A DNA stretch of 64,000 bases, from assembly GCA_045546175.1 (NCBI GenBank), contig JAZQCI010000103.1:26679-90678 (forward strand). The letters run 5' to 3'. Below the pieces are notes generated by a model that did not search any database, was not told where the DNA came from, and saw only the letters and a list, made by a program, of their open reading frames with translations. A program made the translations under genes and the position numbers. Origin of the DNA: Lachnospiraceae bacterium (lineage in GTDB: Bacteria; Bacillota; Clostridia; Lachnospirales; Lachnospiraceae). Numbering within the stretch: position 1 is the stretch's first letter; the number at the start of each line of letters is the position of its first letter. Below, piece by piece: positions 8,591 to 16,350 of this stretch.

Positions 8591-9948
8591 CAGGCATCAC
8601 CGTCCTTGTCGGTCTTGTCCGTGCGGTCTATGTCATATCCGTCCGTCCATATCGCCGCCTGTTCTTTTTCCATCGCTTCGAGTTCTTTATCAGGGTCATC
8701 CACAATGGACAGGACTTCTAACTGCTTGCGCTTCGAAACGATACCGGACAGCTTACCCGCTGCATCCGCCTCGTCGCCTAATACGTCCGGAAGCATCAAA
8801 TTATATTTCCATGAAACCGCCGTCCACGCGTCATCTGACATCCCGGAACAGGGATTACTGAAAATCAAACGGTATCTGCGCTTGAAACCTTCGTCCAATT
8901 TTCGCTGTTTCCTTCCGGCGAGGTTTATCATCGCCTGCATGCGTTGTTTGAGTGCTTTCCCGGAAGCCTGTTGGAACCCCTCGGAATTCAGGTTGACGAC
9001 GTTGCTTGTGCTGAAGATGTTCTTTTCCAGTCTGTTCAGCAGATTTTCCTGCGTCGTATCCGCTGACGGTCTGCCCAGAAAATCAATTTCCGGCATCTTG
9101 CCGTCGAACGTACCTGCCGAATAAATGATATGATTATCACGCATCCACATCATACTTTCCTTGTCGATATCTGGGGCGCCAATGATTTTTAGATAGGCGT
9201 CTGCTAACGCTCGGACGTCATTGCATTTCTCTGATACGACTAAATTGTATGCGTCGACCGCTGACAACGCATCCTCAAAAACACCTTTTCTACTGATGTT
9301 CTGCGTGTACTCCGTCGCGGGAACCCCGTCGAAACCATGAGGCAGCGGTTCTCCGTCCCACTGTATACCACCTTGTATGTGGAAATACCTTACGAAATCA
9401 GAATCCGAAATACTGCCTCTGCGCATTCCGTCGTAGTCGTAGTATGCCCTGACGAAATACAGCGGTTCCGGGTCAATGCCCTCATCGAATATCATAAATG
9501 CGTCCATTGGCGACAGATACGACATATCTATCTCCCCGTCCGCGTCCACGTAATAGATTTCGTACGCACGTCCGAAAATAGATACCATCGTCGACAATTC
9601 AGCCGTATGGTCTGTCTGCCCGGAATAAGAATGAAGGTGTGTCAGATATTCCTGTACTGCCTCATCGTCCGAGGAAAAGGAAATCGGCTGTCCCATCAGA
9701 AAACCTTCGAAGGTATCCGTTATCTCAGACGCAAAATTCATACTGATACGGCTATCAGGCTTCCATGCCGGTTTTTTCGGTAATTTGAAAATTTCATATC
9801 TGTTGTCATATGCGTCTTGAAGTGGCTTATATCGCGAAAGACACATTCGGTCATTTTTTGATATAAACTTGTACAGTTCCGTTTCCGTCAGAACCCTGTC
9901 AGACGGGTATCTAAAAATATCGGTCTTTTTCTTAAAATCATATCCCAT
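8590..9948 (-). CDS. Portal protein, SPP1 family
   Basis: SIFGRAYE, HGFDGVP, ASGKALKQ motifs; 452 aa after terminase. Confidence 0.92.
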   Translation of the reverse strand: MGYDFKKKTDIFRYPSDRVLTETELYKFISKNDRMCLSRYKPLQDAYDNRYEIFKLPKKPAWKPDSRISMNFASEITDTFEGFLMGQPISFSSDDEAVQEYLTHLHSYSGQTDHTAELSTMVSIFGRAYEIYYVDADGEIDMSYLSPMDAFMIFDEGIDPEPLYFVRAYYDYDGMRRGSISDSDFVRYFHIQGGIQWDGEPLPHGFDGVPATEYTQNISRKGVFEDALSAVDAYNLVVSEKCNDVRALADAYLKIIGAPDIDKESMMWMRDNHIIYSAGTFDGKMPEIDFLGRPSADTTQENLLNRLEKNIFSTSNVVNLNSEGFQQASGKALKQRMQAMINLAGRKQRKLDEGFKRRYRLIFSNPCSGMSDDAWTAVSWKYNLMLPDVLGDEADAAGKLSGIVSKRKQLEVLSIVDDPDKELEAMEKEQAAIWTDGYDIDRTDKTDKDGDA

Positions 9949-9951
9949 AAT

Positions 9952-11232
9952 TTACAATCCCCCTCTGAGGTAATCAGGATTTGCCGCAGGCTGTTTACTA
10001 TCCAAAATCCTGCACAAGGAAGCCGCGCTATCCGGGGCATCGTCATGCGCCGCCTGCTCGTTGTAGTCAGTTATCATTTCTAAGTAATTCAAATCCGTTT
10101 CCGGTATCCAATGTATCTTTTTCCACATCTTTTTGAGATGTGTCGTTATCTTTATGTACTTGTTTTGTTGCTCGTGGTATGTCGCCGCCGGTATCTCTAG
10201 CCCCTGAAGGCTCTTAGCCAAATATCCCTTGTCCGCGTTTCTTTCTGAATAGATAGTCCCGCAACGGTATTCCGACCAGTCGTTATATATATCCGTCAGG
10301 CAGTTCTCCACATGCGCCTCGGGCCATATCCGTCCATACGCCGTAATACTTCCATCTAAATTCCGCTTCATGATGGTAAATGCTACGGCATCGCCGCCGC
10401 CATATGCCGCATCGATATGACCAATGCCGTTGTACAACTGCTCAACTTTGCCATCCAGTAGCGCGTCCGCGAACAATTCCGTGCCATCCGCGATGTGGCG
10501 AAGTTCGTAATTCGCCGCGAACAGGCTCGGTGACATTTGCTCCTTAATTTTTGCCAACTTTTCGGGCGGTATCAGCCCGGTACTGTAACAGTCGACTTTC
10601 TTAATGTTCGGCATCAGGGAGAACGCGTCTGACGCGCTCCACGGGGTTCCGCAGTTCACGAACCTGCCGCCGCGGTTACAGATGTTAATCAGTTCCTGAT
10701 ACCGTATCTTTGTCGCTTCGCGCTCCGCCTTGCTCACCCGGTCTTTCAAGTTCACAATGTCGTCGGTCACGACTATATCTGCGTGCTTACCTGTTATCGA
10801 CGTCCCGATACCTAATCCGACTATCTGTGAAGCACCTCTAATGCCGGTCACCAAATTCGTATTGATTTCCGTTTCCGACTTCGTAGTCAGAATTAGCGGC
10901 TGCCCGTATACGATACGAGACATTTCCTGCATACATCCTGACTGCAAGATTTTCTGCGACTGCTTACAGATTTCCTTTACGTCCGTATCCGTCTTTCTGA
11001 AATACAGTAAATTTTCGTTCGGCTGTTCGAACGCATGCAATGCAAAAAACAGCGATAACGTCGTCGTTTTATACGAACCACGGTGCGCCTGAAGCGTCTG
11101 GTCGTCATGCCGGTACAGCCAATCCCTTAGCCACTCGTTATGCAGGTCGGTCAAATCTTTGAAGCCAACCCAGTGTCCGACTTCCACAGGACGCTCCCAT
11201 AACATGCGGAAAATCTCATCACGACTAATCAC
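9952..11232 (-). CDS. terL: Terminase large subunit
   Basis: HRGSYKTT Walker A, VTDD Walker B, GTPW, HIDAAYGG, HDDAPD nuclease motifs. Confidence 0.92.
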   Translation of the reverse strand: MISRDEIFRMLWERPVEVGHWVGFKDLTDLHNEWLRDWLYRHDDQTLQAHRGSYKTTTLSLFFALHAFEQPNENLLYFRKTDTDVKEICKQSQKILQSGCMQEMSRIVYGQPLILTTKSETEINTNLVTGIRGASQIVGLGIGTSITGKHADIVVTDDIVNLKDRVSKAEREATKIRYQELINICNRGGRFVNCGTPWSASDAFSLMPNIKKVDCYSTGLIPPEKLAKIKEQMSPSLFAANYELRHIADGTELFADALLDGKVEQLYNGIGHIDAAYGGGDAVAFTIMKRNLDGSITAYGRIWPEAHVENCLTDIYNDWSEYRCGTIYSERNADKGYLAKSLQGLEIPAATYHEQQNKYIKITTHLKKMWKKIHWIPETDLNYLEMITDYNEQAAHDDAPDSAASLCRILDSKQPAANPDYLRGGL

Positions 11233-11756
11233 GTGTCATCACCGCCCATCATGGACATCTTGCTGAAGTAATCCGCCATAGCCTTTTGGCTATCGTCCAA
11301 ATCAACGCCGGTTTCAGATACCTTTTCGTTCTGCTTTTTCAGCATCTCTGCCTGTTGTCTGCGCACCTCTGCCGCGGCTTCTTTCGCCGCAATATCCGCT
11401 TCCTTCGCTCTTTCGTCCTGCTCGGTGCCTTTGTCCTGACCGCCGTATTTCGCAACCCACTCTGCCGCTTTGACGTTTCCTTTGAGCGCCGCTTTCATCA
11501 TTGTGCTAGACAATAATGTTTGCATATCCGGGTCTAACCCCAGGTCGGTCATCTGTTTTTTCAGGACATCATCAGGTATGTCCATCATCAAAATCGCAGT
11601 TATAGCCCGTCTGAGGTCTGCTTTTTTGCGCCGTGCCGCGCCTGAAGCCTTACCACCCATCTGCCTAATTTTTCTCTGTTCATTTTCTGGTCGGCGGTTA
11701 AACGGGATGAGATTATCACGCCCATCATAGCCGCCCGCATCTCTGCCCTTGGCCAT
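11229..11756 (-). CDS. terS: Terminase small subunit
   Basis: NLIPFN..E.R.I..GGKASGAARRKK, KGNVKAA; overlaps terL start. Confidence 0.75.
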   Translation of the reverse strand: MAKGRDAGGYDGRDNLIPFNRRPENEQRKIRQMGGKASGAARRKKADLRRAITAILMMDIPDDVLKKQMTDLGLDPDMQTLLSSTMMKAALKGNVKAAEWVAKYGGQDKGTEQDERAKEADIAAKEAAAEVRRQQAEMLKKQNEKVSETGVDLDDSQKAMADYFSKMSMMGGDDT

Positions 11757-11781
11757 GCTAGCCGCCTCTCTTTCTTATAAA

Positions 11782-12555
11782 TTAAAAAACAGCCTCGGGG
11801 GCTGGCGTCTTATTTTCTTCTATCGCTTTTTCTATTCTTCCCCTTGCTGTTTCGAAGAATTTCTCGTTAAGTTCTATTCCGATGAACTTGCGCCCGGTAT
11901 TGACAGCCGCCACCCCTGTAGAACCGGAACCCATCACGTTATCTAATACAGCGTCTCCCGGGTTCGTATACGTTTTTATCAGATATTCCAGTAACGGAAC
12001 CGGTTTTTGTGTGGGATGGGACCCGTTAGTAGGAGCGTTAGAGTATTTGATTACATCAACCGGGTAGCGTTCACCCGTCTCTGAACCGGTATCGCGTAGT
12101 TTAAATTTGTCATAGATAGGTGTATATCGGTTATCGCTACCTTTTCTGAAATATGGTTTTGAAATCCATTTTTGCGGGTTGTATGTCGGAAGTTTCTTGT
12201 AAAAAACCAATATGTTTTCATGCGCCCGAAGCGGCATACGTTTTGCGTTTAAAAATCCCGCCGGTCGTGTTTTCCACCATATCCACTCATATCTGAATGT
12301 CTTCATGTTAGAACGAACCAGTTCCGCGCTGAACGGCATTTGAGAAAACAGTACAACTGCGCCGTTTGGCTTAACGACTCTCCAATACTGCTCCCACAAT
12401 TGGTCTAGCGCGATTGGAACGTCCCAATCGCAGTTTGTCGTCCCATACGGCAGGTCAGCAAGTATCATATCAACTGACCCGTCCGGTATCTCCTTCATTC
12501 TTTCGAGGCAGTCGCCCCGCATCAGGGAGACGCCGTTCACAAATTCAAGGCTCAT
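11782..12555 (-). CDS. DNA amino-methyltransferase (N6A/N4C, beta class)
   Basis: GDCLE, DLPY catalytic motif, HPTQKP, LDNVMGSGST SAM-binding motif; ATGA overlap with metK stop. Confidence 0.92.
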   Translation of the reverse strand: MSLEFVNGVSLMRGDCLERMKEIPDGSVDMILADLPYGTTNCDWDVPIALDQLWEQYWRVVKPNGAVVLFSQMPFSAELVRSNMKTFRYEWIWWKTRPAGFLNAKRMPLRAHENILVFYKKLPTYNPQKWISKPYFRKGSDNRYTPIYDKFKLRDTGSETGERYPVDVIKYSNAPTNGSHPTQKPVPLLEYLIKTYTNPGDAVLDNVMGSGSTGVAAVNTGRKFIGIELNEKFFETARGRIEKAIEENKTPAPEAVF

Positions 12556-13340
12556 CTTATCAGTCCCCACTCCGCAAACTTTTCAAATCCGCCGCAATCC
12601 TGTATGTACGCTCTCGCCATCTCGACTATCACCGCATACGGCAGCCCGTCCACAGTTTCGTCTCCAATCGCGCAGGACAATTCCACAGGTTTTCCTGTCG
12701 CCTGCGCCTTCAGAAACGCATATATGTTCACCGATACGTCAGCCTTGCTCAGGTCTTTTCCATGCAATCCGCCGCCGGTCACGCTGTCCGCCATGTCGGA
12801 ACCCAATTTTCTGTTTACTGCGCCGGTATCAACGTCCGTCCCGCCTGTCCAATCCCCCAAAGGATTTACAACCGCTCCCGGAAATTCCTTGCGCAGTTCA
12901 TCGCCGTCTGCGTTACTCTGACAAATTATCAGCCGCCCGCCGTCAAGAATATACTTGCCGTCATGCGGGTATTTTCTGTATATCCCTCTGGCAATCCGTG
13001 TCAGTTCTTTTTGCTCGTCGGTCACGGGCATCCCCCGGAAGATACCATTATCTCCGCAACGGAACCCGTCCATCTGGTTCTGCGCCAAGTGTTCATCCTG
13101 AGGACGTTCATAGTAATTCGTCAGCAGTCTGCCACCCGCAATCCTGTTCACGATTTCTTCGACCTTGCATGTTTTAATGTGAACGCTCGTTTCCGCGATA
13201 ATATGGCAAACTCCATGTCCAATTAGGACTTCCACGGCAATTCTCGGGTCTTCCTGAATGCCATAAGCCAGGTCGACAATCGCCCCGGCAATTCTGTCCG
13301 CTATTTTGTCAACATGGGACGGGTTCACGCGTTCATACAT
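12552..13340 (-). CDS. metK: Compact phage S-adenosylmethionine synthetase
   Basis: VNPSHVDKIAD, GDNG, DGK, NRKL, GGGLHGKDLSKAD correspond to MetK motifs; 262 aa. Confidence 0.85.
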   Translation of the reverse strand: MYERVNPSHVDKIADRIAGAIVDLAYGIQEDPRIAVEVLIGHGVCHIIAETSVHIKTCKVEEIVNRIAGGRLLTNYYERPQDEHLAQNQMDGFRCGDNGIFRGMPVTDEQKELTRIARGIYRKYPHDGKYILDGGRLIICQSNADGDELRKEFPGAVVNPLGDWTGGTDVDTGAVNRKLGSDMADSVTGGGLHGKDLSKADVSVNIYAFLKAQATGKPVELSCAIGDETVDGLPYAVIVEMARAYIQDCGGFEKFAEWGLIR

Positions 13341-13864
13341 ATTCTTTCCCTCTTTAATCTTCCCTTTTTCCATCCATCTGATAAAAAAGAAAACAGCTGT
13401 TCGACATACACATATCGTTCAACTGTCCCATCATTTATCCATCTTTTACGACTTGTATCCTCTCGAAGCTTTTGCCGTACTTCTTTCGATACAACCCGTC
13501 CACGATTTGCTGCACCTATTTTCTCTTTCGTACTGCCGTAATTGATATTATATTTATGCGTGCACCATTCGAGGTTGTTGACGTTGTTGTTTGATTTATC
13601 TTCATCTATATGGTTTACATCGGTGTATTCGTTCGGATTTTCTATAAATGCACTCGCAACCAAACGATGAACTAAACAGTTTTTCTTTTTACCGTCTTTC
13701 CATAAATACACCCTACGATATCCATTTTTCTGAATGTCACCCTTTAACAAAACACACTCGTTCTTTATACTGCGTATTTCTCCAAGTGATGACGCTTGAT
13801 AATGTCCTTCATAACCGGGAATATCTTTCCATATTTCAGGTGCCGGGTTTACTTTTTCAAACAT
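13325..13864 (-). CDS. NUMOD4-HNH homing endonuclease
   Basis: EIWKDIPGYEGHYQASSLGEIRS (NUMOD4); VHRLVA..VNHIDEDKSNN..NLEW (HNH). Confidence 0.92.
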   Translation of the reverse strand: MFEKVNPAPEIWKDIPGYEGHYQASSLGEIRSIKNECVLLKGDIQKNGYRRVYLWKDGKKKNCLVHRLVASAFIENPNEYTDVNHIDEDKSNNNVNNLEWCTHKYNINYGSTKEKIGAANRGRVVSKEVRQKLREDTSRKRWINDGTVERYVYVEQLFSFLSDGWKKGRLKRERICMNA

Positions 13865-14147
13865 CTTTTTCTCCGTTTTCCTCTTCCACGTCCCCGCACG
13901 GAATCATGTCGTTTTTATAATCTGTATATTTTTCCAGAAATGTGTCAACAGACACACCCGATACGTTTTTCGGCGGGTCCGTAACTTTCAGTTTGAACAG
14001 GTCAATATGATTTCTTTGCTCGGGCCAGTCATCGTGCGGTTCACATGTCAGCCCATTATTTTTCGAGTATTCATCAAACGCGCCGTATTTTGACCATGCA
14101 GTCATGCCCGAAGCACGCCCGTTCTTATCAAACAACACATAACGCAT
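13857..14147 (-). CDS. Hypothetical phage protein
   Basis: RBS AGGGAG, overlaps HNH start, co-oriented. Confidence 0.65.
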   Translation of the reverse strand: MRYVLFDKNGRASGMTAWSKYGAFDEYSKNNGLTCEPHDDWPEQRNHIDLFKLKVTDPPKNVSGVSVDTFLEKYTDYKNDMIPCGDVEEENGEKDV

Positions 14148-14178
14148 TTTTGTCTCGGTCGCTCCCTTTCATTGATTT

Positions 14179-14373
14179 TTATTTCATCATTTTCACCGTG
14201 ATGTTCCCCTGAATGTAGGGAAATTTTTCATTACGGCTAACCTTTATCGACTTAATATCTGTAGCCGCATCGTCTACCGCAAGTTCTTCGATGAACTGCT
14301 TCGCGTTTTCCGGCCCCATGAAAACCGTACGCTTGTCACCACTAACGTATGTAATCTTTACCTTTAACAACAT
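14179..14373 (-). CDS. Hypothetical phage protein
   Basis: AAAGGAG RBS before MLLKVKITY. Confidence 0.65.
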   Translation of the reverse strand: MLLKVKITYVSGDKRTVFMGPENAKQFIEELAVDDAATDIKSIKVSRNEKFPYIQGNITVKMMK

Positions 14374-14406
14374 AATTTTCTCCTTTCGCCCTTTCGCTCT
14401 CATATG

Positions 14407-14543
14407 TCCATTGATACACAACGCTACGTCCCGGTGCTGTATGTGTGAGAGCAGAGGTGGAGATAACCTCTAAATCAACATCAGGGCGCAACGCTCTATA
14501 CCAATGGGGACGGGTATCCGGCGAACCGGATTAACCCGTCTCT
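14407..14543 (-). ncRNA. Candidate structured non-coding RNA
   Basis: UUCG-capped hairpin plus ~30-bp irregular stem with several G-U pairs only in minus orientation, and an inner hairpin. Confidence 0.55.
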
Positions 14544-14559
14544 TTTATACATCTGTCAG

Positions 14560-15051
14560 TCAACCAACTACCTGCTTATGGAATTTACTACGTCGCATAC
14601 CGCAAGGGCAGAAAAGCATGTCGTAAACGTCCCAGCCTGCTCTGCGCCTATCATACGCACGTCTGTAATCCAGCCCGAAAATCTGCACCCATTCTGCGAG
14701 CGGTTTCTCGACTCCGCCGAAAACAACGCGGATACTATTCGAGCGGTTCCATGCCTGCTGTTGCGCAGTCACCCATCTACAATTTTCAGGCGTATAATCA
14801 CCGTCGCTGTCTATGCGGTCTAACTGGAGATTTTCCGCATACCCATGTTCCAACGCCCAGTCCCGGAAATTCTCGAAACTGTGTTTCCATGCGTCACAAA
14901 CGCGGATACCTTTTCCGCCGTAATACCGCTCGTAATCGCGCCCTTTTGAAGGACAACTGCATCGTGTGTTCATGTTGTCCCATATGCGGTACAGCCTTGT
15001 ACGCTGTTGCGCGTCTCTCTTGAAATCGCAAACCATCCCCGAATACCCCAT
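14560..15051 (-). CDS. HNH-type endonuclease
   Basis: RLYRIWDNMNTRC, YGGKGIRVC..W, LQLDRIDSDGDYTPENCRW; start uncertain (15051 or 15036). Confidence 0.82.
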   Translation of the reverse strand: MGYSGMVCDFKRDAQQRTRLYRIWDNMNTRCSCPSKGRDYERYYGGKGIRVCDAWKHSFENFRDWALEHGYAENLQLDRIDSDGDYTPENCRWVTAQQQAWNRSNSIRVVFGGVEKPLAEWVQIFGLDYRRAYDRRRAGWDVYDMLFCPCGMRRSKFHKQVVG

Positions 15052-15086
15052 AAAAAAGGACACCCTCCATCTGTAGGAAGGTGTCC
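15052..15086 (-). terminator. Intrinsic terminator after ssb
   Basis: GGACACCTTCC...GGAGGGTGTCC then TTTTTT. Confidence 0.75.
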
Positions 15087-15099
15087 GTTTCAATTTCTA

Positions 15100-15594
15100 T
15101 TAGTTAAAAGGAAGTTCCTGCTGCTGATAGCCGCGGTTCGGCTGCGCATATCCGCCGTATCCCTGCGTCTGTCCATACCCCTGATTTTGTCCAGTCTGGC
15201 GATAACCACCCTGAGGCTGTCCATAATTCTGCGGCTGTCCCTGAGGTGCGTTTCCCGGCTGTGCCTGTGCCTGCCCGTTGTCCTGTTTACGCTCACAAAA
15301 CTCTATTCCAAGAACGACCACATCGGTACGGTAAACTTCTTTTCCGTTTTCGTCAGGATATTTTGACGTCTGAATACGTCCCTGAACCGCTATCTTCACA
15401 CCCTTTTTCAGGTAGTCACGCACAATCTCCGCCGTTTTGCCGAAAGCAACGCAACTCGGGAAATCAGCTGCGTCCGGGTCATTCTTACTGTGCCGGTCAA
15501 CTGCAAGAGTGAACCTCGCACTTGTCACACCGTTCTGAGATGTTCCTGAAACAGGGTCTTTCGTCAGTCTTCCCATGAGAATTACATTGTTCAA
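15100..15594 (-). CDS. ssb: Single-stranded DNA-binding protein
   Basis: TTG start; NNVILMGRLTKDP, FTLAVDR, C-terminal ELPFN. Confidence 0.95.
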   Translation of the reverse strand: MNNVILMGRLTKDPVSGTSQNGVTSARFTLAVDRHSKNDPDAADFPSCVAFGKTAEIVRDYLKKGVKIAVQGRIQTSKYPDENGKEVYRTDVVVLGIEFCERKQDNGQAQAQPGNAPQGQPQNYGQPQGGYRQTGQNQGYGQTQGYGGYAQPNRGYQQQELPFN

Positions 15595-15636
15595 AATCTT
15601 TTCTCCTTTCGCTCTCACATCGTAAATCTGCACATG

Positions 15637-15660
15637 AAAAAAGCGCCCTTATCAGGCGCT
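15637..15660 (-). terminator. Terminator between promoter and ssb
   Basis: AGCGCC-TGATAAG-GGCGCT then TTTTT. Confidence 0.6.
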
Positions 15661-15699
15661 CGTGCTATGTGTTATATAAATTTATATTTATCTATTCTA

Positions 15700-15745
15700 A
15701 GTATAGCAAACAATTCGGTAACATGCAACTATTTTTCTGAAAATT
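15700..15745 (-). promoter_or_regulatory. Sigma-A promoter with adjacent CodY-like box
   Basis: TTGCAT-17bp-TATACT with TGn extension; ATTTTTCTGAAAATT (14/15 to AATTTTCWGAAAATT) at 15731-15745. Confidence 0.6.
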
Positions 15746-15803
15746 ACTGAAATATTTTTATTTATCTTGAAAGTATGTGATATTCAAACAATTCCCCAGG
15801 TAC

Positions 15804-15838
15804 AAAAAAAGAGAACGCTCCAATCCCGGAACGCTCTC
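15804..15838 (-). terminator. Intrinsic terminator after RinA-like gene
   Basis: GAGAGCGTTCC-GGGATT-GGAGCGTTCTC then T7. Confidence 0.75.
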
Positions 15839-15898
15839 AATTCCCCTCGTTTTTCATTTTATAAGACCTTTCTGTGATTTTGTGAGTATTTATATGTC

Positions 15899-16327
15899 TT
15901 ACGCTACTTTATCGTAATTCTCTGCTATGCGCCTCGCTCCTCTCAGGATGAGCATTGATATACATCTTACGGTCTTCCCTGTCTTCTCCGCAATCTCCGC
16001 CTTCGTCATCCCACCGATATAGTACGCTCTCATGACCTCTCTGGAATAATCCGTCCCCGCATATTCCATCAGCCGCTCCGCCTCTTCGACCGCCGCCGTT
16101 ATCTGCACTTCTATCCGCTTTTTCGCTTTGAAAAAACGCTCTGCATCCGCATAAAAATCATCCAGTCCATGAACGGCATTTGTATGCGTTTTCGGCATAT
16201 CGCTCAGAACCGGGCTACCGGGCAATGCTTTAAGCCTGCAAAGATTTATCTGGTCGTTAATCTCCCGCTCCGTGCGCCTCAGGTCACCCACTTTTTCCAG
16301 TCTGAAAATTACACTCCAATACTCCAT
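15899..16327 (-). CDS. RinA/DUF1492-like transcriptional activator
   Basis: SPVLSDMPK motif, coiled coil, C-terminal sigma region-4-like HTH (YYIGGMTKAEIAEKTG). Confidence 0.75.
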   Translation of the reverse strand: MEYWSVIFRLEKVGDLRRTEREINDQINLCRLKALPGSPVLSDMPKTHTNAVHGLDDFYADAERFFKAKKRIEVQITAAVEEAERLMEYAGTDYSREVMRAYYIGGMTKAEIAEKTGKTVRCISMLILRGARRIAENYDKVA

Positions 16328-16350
16328 TTCGCTCTCACCATCCTTTCTGC

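Noticed and set aside
13325-13864. Group I intron or intein in metK
   Set aside because: The HNH ORF fills the whole interval, leaving no room for an intron core; it has its own stop and no intein terminal residues; metK has its own start
14407-14543. SRP, 6S, tmRNA or known riboswitch
   Set aside because: No recognisable conserved motifs of these families; kept only as an unknown structured RNA
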